A DNA stretch of 63,936 bases, filler included, from Octopus bimaculoides (taxonomy: Eukaryota), in assembly GCF_001194135.2 (NCBI RefSeq). It is 5 parts of 4 records of this genome, joined end to end, with 100 filler letters (N's around TTAATTAATTAA, not from the genome) between each part and the next. Parts side by side here need not be neighbours in the genome. Positions count along the whole stretch, not along the records: positions 1 to 26,386 come from NC_069001.1; 4 more parts are not named here. One strand, written 5' to 3'. Under the pieces are notes generated by a model that ran no database searches, was not told the origin of the DNA, and saw nothing but the letters and a program-made list of their open reading frames with translations. The position numbers were made by a program, and so were the translations under genes. This document shows positions 1 to 12,345 of the stretch, piece after piece; position 1 is the stretch's first letter; every line of letters begins with the position of its first letter.

Positions 1-157
1 ATGTATATAACGCAATCTTCTCCATTCACATCTCAGCTACATCTCTGTCCACTGTCCGTGCGTCAGTGAAAGGTGACGTAATCGTTATCATCGCTACTCT
101 CTCTCTATCTCTACCCCGATCGCTTCACTCTCTCTCTCTCTGTCTCTACCCCTATCG

Positions 158-214
<57 letters not shown>

Positions 215-666
215 AAGCATGCATTCTGTTTTTTTTTTCCCCCACTTTCTCTAGTTTTAACACGTACAGTATCACCTCTCTTCCTATATCTCTCTGTCTA
301 TCGACTCCATTATGGTAAATCCAGCCAATATCTTCATTGTCAACACTAGATTACTGCTAATCTGCTGTGCAGGTAGCTATTTCTAAGACATTGATAAACG
401 GCCATACAAAAATTCTCTGCAATGGCTGCCATACTTTGCTCTTCGTTGTTTTCATCTCCCCACATCGTTCCTCTGTATCATGTTCCTTCTTTGTCACTGC
501 GTGTGTGTCTTCTCTCTGTGTATTGACTTTTCACATTCTTCAAATGCGGAATTTGTCCGGGCTTCAGGATCGAGACCGAATTAGGGTAAACACGTTGGAC
601 TGTAAGCATTGGCCTCCAAAAGTTTTGTCGAACGAGTGAACCTGGATACGTTCTCTATCGCCGTTT

Positions 667-1060
667 TTGGCGATCTTTCGGTACGGTTACCTAAATATCG
701 GCCTTTTCCGTAAAAAGTGTTGGAGAGAAACAGGGAAACGATGTCATAACAGCGAAAGACATAGAGAAAGAGAGAGAGAGAGAGCGATTTATTTTGAAGG
801 GTTTAGAGTTTGGGTTAGGGTTAGTTTTACGATTAGGGTTTGGGTTTTAGGGTTTGCGTTAGGGAATTCTGTCCCTAACGGTAACCGTAACACTAACCCT
901 AACCGTAAAACCCTAACCCTGACACTAAAGCCCTAACCCTAACACCGTAGTGAAGATTGTACGGGTGTTACGGAAAAAGGCGATCTTTGGTAAAGATCGC
1001 CGAAGACACTTTTTACGGAAAAGGCCGATATTTAGGTAATCATACTGAAAGATCGCCCAA
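667..1060. mobile_element. Foldback MITE with ~54-bp terminal inverted repeats enclosing inverted TTAGGG/CCCTAA-like arrays
   Basis: 667-720 (ttggcgatctttcggtacggttacctaaatatcggccttttccgtaaaaagtgt) is the reverse complement of 1006-1060 with few mismatches. Degenerate (TTAGGG)n then (CCCTAA)n at ~809-941. No TSD seen. Confidence 0.7.
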
Positions 1061-1211
1061 TTTTTTTTTGTTTTTTTTTTAAGCGAACCGTTAATTTGCG
1101 GTGACGTAACTAAGAGCGGTTACCAAGCGATAGAGTAGGGAGACGGAAGGGCAAACACGCTGCTTTCCCCTCACACACACAGAAACTCACATCTACATAT
1201 GTACCACAAGC

Positions 1212-1356
1212 TTCCATTCAGTTTCCGTCAACGAAATTCACTCACAAGGCATTAGTTAATTCGGGGCTATACAAGAAGACACTTGCCTCAGTTCCCGCGC
1301 AGTGGAACCGAACTAGAAACAATGAAGTTGCTAAGCGAACTTCCAAACCACACAAC
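1212..1356 (-). mobile_element. tRNA-derived SINE, family A, decayed head/body fragment
   Basis: Matches the reverse complement of the family A body (cagtttccgtc...actcacaaggc...ggctata..gaagacacttgcc) seen in the better copies at 41886 and 51405. Confidence 0.6.
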
Positions 1357-1366
1357 CAAGCAGAAA

Positions 1367-1412
<46 letters not shown>

Positions 1413-1455
1413 TCAATCTTATTTTTTATTGGACTGATCTCGTTTGAGCGACAGT

Positions 1456-1735
1456 ACTCTCTTCTAGGTGAAGGCGTTGGGCTTTCAATCGTGAGGTTGT
1501 GATTTCGATTCCTGGACCAGACTGTTTGTTGTGTACTTGAGCAAAACACTTTTCTTCACGTTGCTACATCACATGGTGCCAAGCTGTATCGGCCCCTTTG
1601 CCTTTCCCTTGGATAACGTCAGTGGCATGAAGAGGGCGGCTGGTATGCATGATGCTCTGGTCTTCCACAAACAACCTTGCCCGGACTCGTGCCTTGGAGG
1701 GGAACTTCCTAGGTGCAATCCCATGGTCATTCAAG
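1456..1735 (+). mobile_element. tRNA-derived SINE, family E, with CORE-like central domain
   Basis: B-box-like ttcgattcc, followed by cttgagcaaaacact...cacgttgct. Collinear with the minus copies at 11838-12150 and 23608-23915. Confidence 0.7.
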
Positions 1736-2157
1736 ACCGAAAGAGGTCTTTTACCGTTTACTGTCTTCTCGAAGACAGTCGATTACGTTGAGCGCATATC
1801 AGCTTCGAAAGGATAGAAGACTAAGCAGAGGTGGGCCAGGAATTGAATTCAGGACGAAGAGACATCGTCAAACACCACAGGGTGGCGATAGTGGTGGTGA
1901 TGGCCGGTCAGCTCGCTGTGAGTTTTAACATGGTAAATGGGTTGCCAGAACCAGTGGTAGAAGATCGACGAGTTTCAGACAAAATGAAGGTTTAGTTCTT
2001 TGACTGTCTGAATTCCAATCTCATCGATGGCGACTTAGCTTTTCACATTGACGCTGTCGATAAAATAAGCAGTCGGTTGGTGAGATCGATATAATCGATT
2101 CTTCCCCTTCACCCCACTGTTTATTTAAGAAGACACACACACGCATAGTAAACATAT

Positions 2158-2510
2158 CTGGCGTGGCTGTGTGATAAGCTTGCTTCCTAACCACATGGTT
2201 CTGGGTTCAGTTCCACTGCGTGGCACTTTGAGCAAGTATCTTCTATTATAGCCAGCAGATTTGGTAGATGGAAACAAAAAGAAGTCCAACGTGTGTGTGT
2301 CTATTTGTCCCCACCACCACCACCACTTCTTGCCAGCGGTGTTGGTGTGGTTACGTTCCCGTAACTTAGCGGGTTCGGCAAAAGAGACCGATAGAATAAG
2401 TACCAGGCTTTACAAAAACCGAGTACCGGGGAGTCGATTCGTTCGACTGAAAAATTGTTCAAGGCGGTGCCCCAGTATGGCCGTAGTCTAATAAGTGAAA
2501 GCAAGATAAA
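2158..2510 (+). mobile_element. tRNA-derived SINE, family A
   Basis: Head ggcgtggctgtgtg...gggttcagttccactgcgtggcac, short (TG)n spacer, then the 3' module ccccgtaacttagcgggttcggcaaaagagaccgatagaataagtac. Confidence 0.8.
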
Positions 2511-2773
2511 AGATATATATTTTTTTTATATCCTCGCTACCAACCGAGACACCTTCCTATTCCGCGTGTGCCTGTGTGTGTAAACATGGAAGATGGCTTT
2601 CTTTACGTCTGGGCAGTTTCTCTTAATCCAGTTAAAGATTAAGAAAAACTTCACTGTCAGGTGATACCTTTCTGCGTTTATGTGCTTGCTCTACACGTCG
2701 GTGTACATCAGCGGTCCTCAACTCGGATCCAAATGGCCCTTGTTAAAATTTATAAGCAGGAAATCGTTTATAC

Positions 2774-3083
2774 CAGTGGTTTTCAAACTGTGGTCCGCGG
2801 ACCACAGGGGGTCCGCAAGGACAAGACAGGAGGGGGTCCGCAAGGACAAGACAGGGGGTCCGTGAACAGCAAATACTTTTTATGGGCAATTTGATTTTAT
2901 ATATGGTTTTTAATCGAACTCTTTTAATTGACAATAAACCTATTTGTTAAATACTGTTAAATAAACAAATGTAAAAATATATGTTATTTTAAGCAAATAT
3001 TTATGTATAAATTTCATAAGCGTTTATAAGGTAAAGCCTGAAATATAAAGGGGTCCGCAAGTCAAAAAGTTTGAAAACCCCTG
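2774..3083. mobile_element. hAT (Charlie-like) MITE, 310 bp
   Basis: TIRs CAGTGGTTTTCAAAC / GTTTGAAAACCCCTG. Perfect 8-bp TSD GTTTATAC at 2766-2773 and 3084-3091. Internal gggggtccgc repeats. Confidence 0.92.
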
Positions 3084-3989
3084 GTTTATACGATGCACGA
3101 AATATTCTAATTTTTTTTCACTCAGTTCCTAATAATATGTAAGTAGAAAAATATCGTAAGACTTTTTATATGCGATGAATGGCTATGGGGCTCCAGTTCT
3201 GTAAAATAGGAATCAAAGGGATCTCTAAGGGGCTGGGAATGGTTGAGAACTTCTGCTGTTCAGCCTTACTCTCGCTCCGTTACTCCCTTCGTCTCTTCTC
3301 ATCCTCCTCCCTCTCTTCCTCTCTCTGTTTCATCTTTTCTCTCCTCCTCTCGAGTGATCGGGATACAGCGCTTTTTACTGTCTTTCTTTCTCTATGTATT
3401 TCGCCTCTTCTCTCTCGCCTTACTACCTCTTTCTCTCTGTTTATCCCACTCTCTTTCTCTCTCTCTCTCTCTCTCTCATTCATACACACACACACACGCG
3501 CGCGCTCACATAGATAACCAGATATACACACACACACGGAGTAGGAAGGTGTCTCGGTTGGTAGCGAGGATATAAAATAAATATTTGTGTACCTCCTGAA
3601 TGGGCTATAATTACTTTAAAACCTGATTTCCTCCAAATGAAATATTTGGAATGTTTTACAGCACACACACACACACACACACACATTTCTGTCCTCGTCC
3701 CCTCTTCTCTCGGCCTATCCTGTTGCTTATGCCGTTTTCGCCTCCGCCGCTGCCGTCCTACCATGCTAACAGTTCGCTTGTATATATACTGACATCTGTT
3801 AATGGGTACGGCTTAAGTTTTAACTATTAACAACGAAACAAATAAGGATGAACCATGAGATGGCGGCCGTTTTGTGGCCAAACCGACCTGCTAGAAATAG
3901 CAACCAAATCTTGTTCATCTTACTTTGGGGAAAGACAAATTTGATGGGAGGGTACGTGTTTCAGCGTCTTCTTTATTGTCCCCTGATCT

Positions 3990-4420
3990 ATTTGTTTCTG
4001 TTAAGGCCTGAGGTTTGGAGGAGGGAACCAGTCGATTACATTGAACTCGTACTTGACTGGTTCTTTATTCCTGTCAACCCTTAAGAGATGAAAGGGCAAA
4101 GTTAACCTCACCGGAATTTGAACCCAGTATGTGAAGAGTCAGAAGAAATACCGCAAAGCATTTTCCCGATGCGCTGATTCTGCTTGCTTGTGGCTTTAGC
4201 CTTTTATATCTATCTATCTATCTGTCTGTCTGTCTGTCTGTGGTAAGAAGCTTGCTTCGAAACAACGTGCTCTGGGTTCAGTCTCACTGTGTGACATGTT
4301 GGGCAAGTGTCTTCTATAGCCTTGGGCCGACCAAAGCGTTGGGGGTCGATTTGTTCAACTAAGACTCCTGAGGGCGGTGCCCCAGCATGGCCACAATCAA
4401 ATGACTGAAACAAGTAAAAT
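3990..4420. mobile_element. Family C SINE (minus, ~3990-4200) next to an internally deleted family A SINE (plus, ~4240-4420)
   Basis: gatgaaagggcaaagttaacctcaccggaatttgaac matches the reverse of 61646-61878. gggcaagtgtcttctatagccttgggccgaccaaagc matches family A. Confidence 0.6.
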
Positions 4421-6600
4421 ATATATATATACATACATATATATAAAACTGTCGGAGTGGCGCCGTTTTGTCCGGGAAGTCAACATCCGCGGGATTTGAA
4501 CTCGTAACAAAGAGATATAACGCATTAATGCAGCACATTTTATCCAATGCTCTGTTATTTTGCCATTTCGTAAATTTATATATAAATATTTACAAGCCTT
4601 ATTTTATTTTATTATATTTTACTTGTTTGTCATTCGACTGTAGCAATGCTGGAGCACCGCTTCAATGAGTTTAATGAAATAAATCGATTCTAGTACTTTT
4701 TTTTTTTAAAGTCTGGTACCGAACTGCTTAGTTGTAATATAGCATCAGAATTTTCGTCACTCGAACCTGCGACACAGTGTCTCTCACGATGTCAGTGACC
4801 AGGGTTGTAGTTTCGAGCGACGAAAATTATGACGCCATATTAAAAAGAAAAAAGAACGAACAATAAATGTTTAAGTGAAGTTAAGTCTTCGTGTGTCTCT
4901 GAGTGGGTAACTGGTGCCCTTCGTGATGCAATCGTTCTAGTTTCAACACACGGTCTCATATCAATATCACTTGCTTGTTAAATACACCTCTGTGAGTACA
5001 AGTGCGTCGGCTGCTGCTGAAATTCAGTTGGTCAAACTTGTTTGTCCATCCATCTCCCACCACACTGCCACAGGGATTTTATACAAGTCCCCCAAGGGCC
5101 ATATGGACCCCGGTTGAGATCCACTACTCTATGCGGTGGTCAATCCCGCTAGAAATATTAACCAAATGTCTCCAAGTAACCAAAAGCTTACCGTATTGAA
5201 AAAGAAAATGCCGCTTGCGTTCAACTGAGAATGTTCATATACAATTAGAAAAACTCCCAGAGAAGGGATTTTAAGCAGCAAAAAAAGCGGGGATTTTTAG
5301 GGGACGCGATAGATAATGCAGATTGTGGTGGGGGTGACTCTGATCCAGTCTTAGTAACGAACAGCTGAAGGTAGCGAGCATGTTTCGGTATTATTACACT
5401 AACCTCAGCGAAGCACATTCTACTAAGTTGGCCGGTGTTGGTTTATTTACGTGTCGTAACTTAACGGTTCGGGAAAAGTGATCTGATAGAATAAGTATCA
5501 GACTACTTCTGAAAATATGGACTGAGGGTGGGGGTCAATTTATTCAAATTCTAAATACTCCAAGGCGATGCCCCCCTGTTTAACATTATCCCGAAACAGA
5601 TAAAAGAGGAAAAGAATCCTATTAGCTTTAAACGAAGTCTAGACAGATTTCTTCAAGGAATACCAGACAAGCCACCCATACCTGAATACAACTCACTCAA
5701 TATGGACCATAAAAGAAACTTGACTGTAAAAAGGATCTAGATAATCCTATCAGGTGGTGCTATTAAGTTAGACATGGCCTGGATCAATCTTTGGTCGAAA
5801 CATATCTAAGTTTATGTCCGCAGTCCAGTGACTGAAGTAAAGGATGAAATGTCAGATATCATGACTTAGAAAGTATCCTGAGAAGCGTTTTGCATATCGC
5901 AGAAAGAAAAGAAAGATTTTCCCGTTTAATATTGCTGAACACTTCTCTAAGGTGTTTTTTTACCTTTCAGTCGTTGTATGAGATTTAGATATAACGTCTG
6001 AGAGAGAGAGAGAGAAAGAGAGAGGAGACACGGTACAACTAAATCGTTTTTTGTTGTATCAGAGCTGACCTGGGACAAAAGCAATAGAACGATCAGGAAG
6101 TGAATGAAACTCCTTTTTTCTCGTTATTTTACAGGTGAGCTTTATTCTCTGTAAAAGAGAAGCAGGAGGAGAGAAAGCGTGAAGGTAAAAGTAAAATACA
6201 GCACAGTTAAGAGAGAGAGAGAGAGAGAGAGAGAGACGTGTCCGTCCGTCTGTCTCTGACTTCCTTTCAAACGTGACGTGTTCCCTTCCCTTTTTATTGT
6301 GACAGGTCTCTCAGATTTACACTAAGGCATTTCTCTTCCCGCAATTGTGACCTCTCTCTTTCACCCATCCCCGTCTATTCTGACATATCTACCTCTCGCT
6401 TTTTTTTTCTTTTTATGTTTATTGAAGTGGTTAGAGTATAGTGTTGAATGTGGGGTCACAAGGTGTGCCGGTGGTGGTGGTAGTGGTTAGTGCAGTATAG
6501 TTTAATGATGTTGATGTGGTGGTGTTTAAGCAGAGCACTTATGGAGATTATAGCTATCGTGATTCTGTTGTGGTTTGTGCACTGGTCATATACTTACTGT

Positions 6601-6990
6601 GGAGGCGCAATGGCCCAGTGGTTAGGGCAGCGCACTCGCGGTCATAGGATCGCGGTTTCGATTCCCAGACCGGGCGTTGTGAGTGTTTATTGAGCGAAAA
6701 CACCTAAAAGCTCCACGAGGCTCCTGCAGGGGATGGTGGCGAACCCTGCTGTACTCTTTCACCACAACTTTCTCTCACTCTTACTTCCTGTTTTTGTTGT
6801 GCCTGTAATTCAGAGGGTCAGCCTTGTCACACTTTGTATCACGCTGAATATCCCCGAGAACTACGTTAAGGGTACACGTGTCTGTGGAGTGCTCAGCCAC
6901 TTGCACGTTAATTTCACGAGCAGGCTGTTCCGTTGATCGGATCAACTGGAACCCTCGACGTCGTAAGCGACGGAGTGCCAACAACAACAA
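6601..6990 (+). mobile_element. Near full-length tRNA-derived SINE, family B, with (CAA)n tail
   Basis: A-box tggcccagtggttag and B-box gtttcgattcc. Body nearly identical to the reverse copy at 62630-62935. Ends gacggagtgcc(aac)n. Confidence 0.88.
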
Positions 6991-7554
6991 CATATACTTA
7001 CTAGTGAGAATTATAAATTAATGTAGTGTTGTGATTTGCGTTGAAGCCGTTAATACGACAACGTCAGTTGTGACTGTAACAGCATTGCTGTGTGGTTAGT
7101 GCAATGTTGTGGCTTGTGTGATAGCGTGGAGGGTAGAGGAGAGAGGAAGGAAGGAGAGGAAGGAATTGCGGTCGATGTTAGAAGCGAGGCGGCTGCTTGT
7201 AAATTAGTTTTCCTCCTTATGATGATGTCGATGGCGGTGAATCTAATTAAAGCACACAATAAACCTCAACTTGTATATTTTTTTCTCACGAATTGTTCCT
7301 AATCTTTAACCCAAAGCAGGTGTAATGTATATACTCGTCTGTGTGTGTGTGTGTGCGTGTGTGATTGTGTCTTTCTTATTGGTCGTATTCTTTATACTTC
7401 TCATTAAACAGTAAGGTTATCATCCGTAGTTAGAGCAGTAACTACGAAGATGCGTTTCTTCTTTTTTTCCTCTTTCTATCATTGTTTGTATATAAACTAC
7501 ATTGTACCACCTTCATGTCACCTACCAATTACCTCCGTTTCTTCTCGTCGTCTT

Positions 7555-7612
<58 letters not shown>

Positions 7613-7856
7613 GTTTGTGTGTCTTACCTTTCATTTCTCGCTATTCTTCTTAATAAAGGATCTCCCTAATCAAGACTCATTGTGTCTCTGTATACGTGTA
7701 ATACGTATTCTTTTCTGTCGCTGTCTCTCTTTTTCTGTTTTTTCTCTCTTCCTCAGTTCCCATTTCTGCCAGGGATCGCTTATGTCAGCACTGTATCCAT
7801 GTGACGCTTCATTTTCTTTGAGAGCAGAGCCGTCTTATTAATTCGTGCACTCACTC

Positions 7857-7889
<33 letters not shown>

Positions 7890-8683
7890 GTATGTATCTA
7901 TGTATGTATATATATATATGTATATGTCCCTTATATCATTAGACAGCTAAATGCAATTTTAACTGGTTTTGCGCGATCTATTGTATCTCTCTCTCTCTCT
8001 CTCTCCTTCATATAGATAAATACACACACATACACAGTGTGTGTGTAAGGTGCGTGCGCACTCACTGTCGACAGCTGCTGTGACTGGTCAAAACTAAAAT
8101 GTGTATTAGAGGGGATCAGTGAGACAGACAGCTAAATACACACACACACACACATAACGCAGGGAAGGAGCGCTCAGTACATAAGGTCGTTTATATACAT
8201 ATATATGTACATACATACACGCACATATCTATCTATATATATATACATACACACATACACACCCACTTACACAGTGCTCGATATGTAAGGTCGTTAACAC
8301 ACACATACATGCATACATGTGTATTCTGTGTGTGTAGATAGGCGGTGTATGTTATTTCACTCCTGCCGAGTTGTTTTCAATTAGGAGTGTATGTATATAT
8401 AATGTACGTAAGTCTGTATAGTGTGTATGTTGTTAGTGTGATTTGATTTTCTCCTCCTCTATTCTTTCCATCCCTTCCTTGATGTGCTCTCCCCCCCTCT
8501 TTCTTCTCTCTCTCTTTCTCTCTCTCTGTTTTTCCTTCTCTCAACTCTATCCTGTTGCCACCTTACACGCTAATTATATTTTTTCCTTTTTTCCTTTCTC
8601 CTGCTTTTTTTTTGTTTGTTTTTTTGTTTTTTAACTTTCCGTATACTTCTTATTCTCACTAAATATCCTTCTCTGATGACCTG

Positions 8684-8726
<43 letters not shown>

Positions 8727-9693
8727 GCTTGCTTTCTCCCCTTCTCTCCTCTCTCCACTAACACTCTCTCTGGACATGAAAATCTTTCTCCCTTCTGTCT
8801 CTCTATCTATCTATCCAACCATCTATCTATCTATCAATCAGCTATCTGTTTGTCTACCTATCTATCTTTCTGTCTATCCATGTATCCATCTATCTATCTA
8901 TATCCCTCTTTCGCTATCTCTCTTGGTATCCTTCGTTTCTATGTCCTTCTCTCTCTCTCAATTCCAAAATTCTTCTGTAATGATGAAAAGACCTTTCTCT
9001 CTCTCTTGTCCCCTCTTTCTCTCTCTCTCTATCCCTCCTCTCCCTCCCCCTCTCTCTCCTAATGTTCTTTTCTCGTGATGAGACGTGAGAGGCAAAAAAA
9101 CAAAAAAAAACAAAAAGAAATAAAATAAAATAAACAATTACACCAACACACTAAACAACTGATATCGTAAACGGAAAGTAGGGAGGTGGAGGAGTCGGAG
9201 GAGTCGAAGTCGGAGTCGGAGGAGTCGGAGGAAAGATTGAGGGCGAGAAAGAAAACGAAGAAAGTGGTTGGTAAGCAAACGATGGAGCGGGAGGGTGAGG
9301 GGTGGAGGTGAAACTTATTATATTTCTACCGTTTTTCTCTGTGATTGTTGTCTGTAGCGATNNNNNNNNNNNNNNNNNNNNNNNNNNNNNNNNNNNNNNN
9401 NNNNNNNNNNNNNNNNNNNNNNNNNNNNNNNNNNNNNNNNNNNNNNNNNNNNNNNNNNNNNNNNNNNNNNNNNNNNNNNNNNNNNNNNNNNNNNNNNNNN
9501 NNNNNNNNNNNNNNNNNNNNNNNNNNNNNNNNNNNNNNNNNNNNNNNNNNNNNNNNNNNNNNNNNNNNNNNNNNNNNNNNNNNNNNNNNNNNNNNNNNNN
9601 NNNNNNNNNNNNNNNNNNNNNNNNNNNNNNNNNNNNNNNNNNNNNNNNNNNNNNNNNNNNNNNNNNNNNNNNNNNNNNNNNNNNNNNNNNNNN

Positions 9694-9741
<48 letters not shown>

Positions 9742-9812
9742 TTATGTACGAGACGTAATGGACGTGAAACTATACCCCTGTATACACGTAGTTTAAATAA
9801 TGTATATGTAAA

Positions 9813-9856
<44 letters not shown>

Positions 9857-10317
9857 ATATATACACACATTGTTCTGAGTGTTTGGACGTAATCTATACT
9901 TTACATAAATACACAGCCGTAGACATGTATATACATTCGTTTAGACTATTATTGTTGTCAATGGTATTTAAGTCGCAACAAAAACACGTACTCACGGAAA
10001 TATACCCTTTTCTACGTCTCTTCATCATATACACTTCGATGAATACTTTACTCTCTCTCTCTCGTATATATATATATATATATACACCAACGTATAAAAA
10101 TAACGTATATATAGCATTTATGCATACGAGTTAAAGGTTTCTCAACGCCTTCGCTCGACCTAAATCTCTCTCTCATACCACCATCATATGACAGTATCAG
10201 GTCTACATATTATTCTGTTTGTCTTTAACATGAAGAACTGGTCATGGTTGTAATGTCTGGTTCAGTCCACTTGGTCGGCGCTTGACCTGGGGCTAAACTG
10301 TAGCATGCATACATCGT

Positions 10318-10643
10318 TTATTTATTTATTTCAGTTATTGGACTGCGGCCGTGTTGGAGTATCGCCTTGAAGAGTCTAGTCAACTTTCGGTTTTCAGTTT
10401 TTCTAGATGTTTTTTTTATTCTATCGGGGTTTTTTTTGCCAAACCGCTAATTTATGAGAACATAAACAAAACAGCACCGGTTGTCAGACGGTGTTGAGTG
10501 ATAAACGCGCGCACACACACACTCTCTCTCTTTCTCTCTCTCTCTCTCTTTCTCTCTCTCTCACACACACATAGGACGAGCTTCTTTCAGTTTCCATCTA
10601 CCAAATCCACTCACAAGGCTTGGATCAGTTTGGTGCTATAGTA
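10318..10643 (-). mobile_element. Family A SINE, interrupted at a TA by a mariner insertion
   Basis: 3' module and body (cagtttccatctaccaaatccactcacaaggc) end at gctatagTA, followed directly by the mariner terminus. Confidence 0.65.
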
Positions 10644-11091
10644 CGAGGGTGAGTCAAAAAGTAATGCCATTTTGTTTAGGACAGGTATTATTTACCAACA
10701 CAGGAACGTGTATCATACGTTAAAATGAAGCTGGTCCTCTGTGGATCATATCCCTTCTTCTCAACATAGTCACCGTTTCTCTCAATAGCAATGTTCCACC
10801 TTCGAATGAGAGCATGTATCCATGCTCCGTAAAATTCTTTTGACTGTTCTTTGAGTCACTTCTTCACTACAGTTTTCACTTCCTCGTCACTGGAATAATG
10901 TTTGCCTCTCAAACCCTCTTTCATGGGGCCGAAGAGATGATAGTCCAGTGACGAATTTTACGGTGCAGGGATACATGCTCTCATTCGAAGGTGGAACATT
11001 GCTATTGAGAGAAACGGTGACTATGTTGAGAAGTAGGGATGTGATCCACAGAGGACCAGCTTCATTTTGACGTATGATACATATTCCTGTG
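10644..11091 (-). mobile_element. Mariner (DD34D) transposon 3' remnant plus an inverted second copy of its 3' end
   Basis: TA-CGAGGGTGAGTCAAAAAGT terminus. Minus strand ~10945-10760 translates DYHLFGPMKEGLRGKHYSSDEEVKTVVKK*LKEQSKEFYGAWIHALIRRWNIAIERNGDYVEK, a mariner C-terminus. 10699-10837 is inverted at 10953-11091. Confidence 0.88.
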
Positions 11092-11627
11092 ATATCAATG
11101 GATTATTAAATTCACATCCTATGTAGAGACCACGGTTGTAATTTGAGGATAGATATAACTGCTATCTCTAGCTTTGGCCAGCTACCATGTACGTAATTAT
11201 TCGTTGGTTCCTGTCTTCATTGGTGATATAAGTTTGGGATGTATATGGTGACTGTCATCCACTTCATTTGCTCCAATTGTTTAAAAGAATTTAGTTTGTA
11301 TTTTACGATGTTTTTGTTGGACAGTGAAATGATTGTTATTGCTAGGTCTGAATAGCAAACACATGCTTCTAGGTTTCTTTCTCCCTTGTGTAGGCGGTAA
11401 TCATGTCCAGGGTTTGAACATTTTTTTTCTTTTTTTTTTTTTTCGTTTCAATTTTGTTTTTCTTTAGTTTAAGATTTCATATTAAAATCCCATTAGAAAT
11501 GAGAAACAAAACAACGTTGAGTCGATGAACACGAAAATCGTTTTGAATGTGTTGGTGGTTGTGCTGTTAGTTACGAGCCTCATGCTTTTCAAACGTTAAT
11601 CGACTTCCTTTTTTTTCAGATACAAAC

Positions 11628-12345
11628 CTTTTACTCTTTTCAGTCATTTGACTGTGGCCATGCTGGAGCACCGCCTTTAGTCGAGCAAATAAGCCTAGTA
11701 CTTATTCTATCGTTCCATTTTGCTGAACCGCTAAGTTACGGGGACATAAACACACCAGCATCGGTTGTCAAGCGATGTTGGAGGGGGGGGGGGCAAACGC
11801 AGACACACACAAACACACACACACACACACATATATATGACTGACCATGGGATTGTACCTAGAAAGTTACCCTCCCAGGCACAATTCCGAGCAAGGTTGT
11901 TTATGGAAGGCCAGCAGTCACTCATGCAAACTCTCCACACCACTAATGTTATCCAAGGGAAAGGGGCAAAGGGGCCGATCCATCTTGGCACCTGTGATGT
12001 GGCAACTCATTTCTACAGCTGAGTGAACTGGAGCAACGTGAAATTAAGCGTCTTGCCCAAGAACACAACATGCAGCCCGGTCCGAGATTCGAACTCACAA
12101 CCTCGCGATCGTAAGCTCGACGCTCTAACCACTGAGCCATGCGCCTTCTCATTGATTGTATATATATATATATATATGCATACACACTCATACTCAATGA
12201 GCTTTTTTCAGTTTCCATCTACCAAATCCACTCACAAGGTTTTGGTCAGCCCAAGGCTCTAATAGAAGACGCTTGTCCAAAGTGCCATGCAGTGGGACTG
12301 AACCTGGAACCATGTGGTTGGGAAGCAAGCTTCTCACCACACAGC
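11628..12345 (-). mobile_element. Family A SINE with a family E (CORE-like) SINE nested in its microsatellite spacer (11838-12150)
   Basis: Family A 3' module at 11628-11800 and head/body at 12180-12345 flank a complete family E copy ending cgctctaaccactgagccatgcgccttc. Confidence 0.82.

Noticed and set aside
809-941. True telomere-fusion scar
   Set aside because: The arrays are short, degenerate and enclosed by transposon-like TIRs; reported as a MITE instead.
55-1180. CRE-like motifs (TGACGTAA at ~74 and ~1101) as a promoter
   Set aside because: Short motifs in a CpG-rich region with no linked exon or TSS evidence.
6601-6680. Functional tRNA genes (also 27440-27510 and 61646-61740)
   Set aside because: A/B boxes are present, but acceptor stems do not pair well and each continues into a repeat body: SINE heads.
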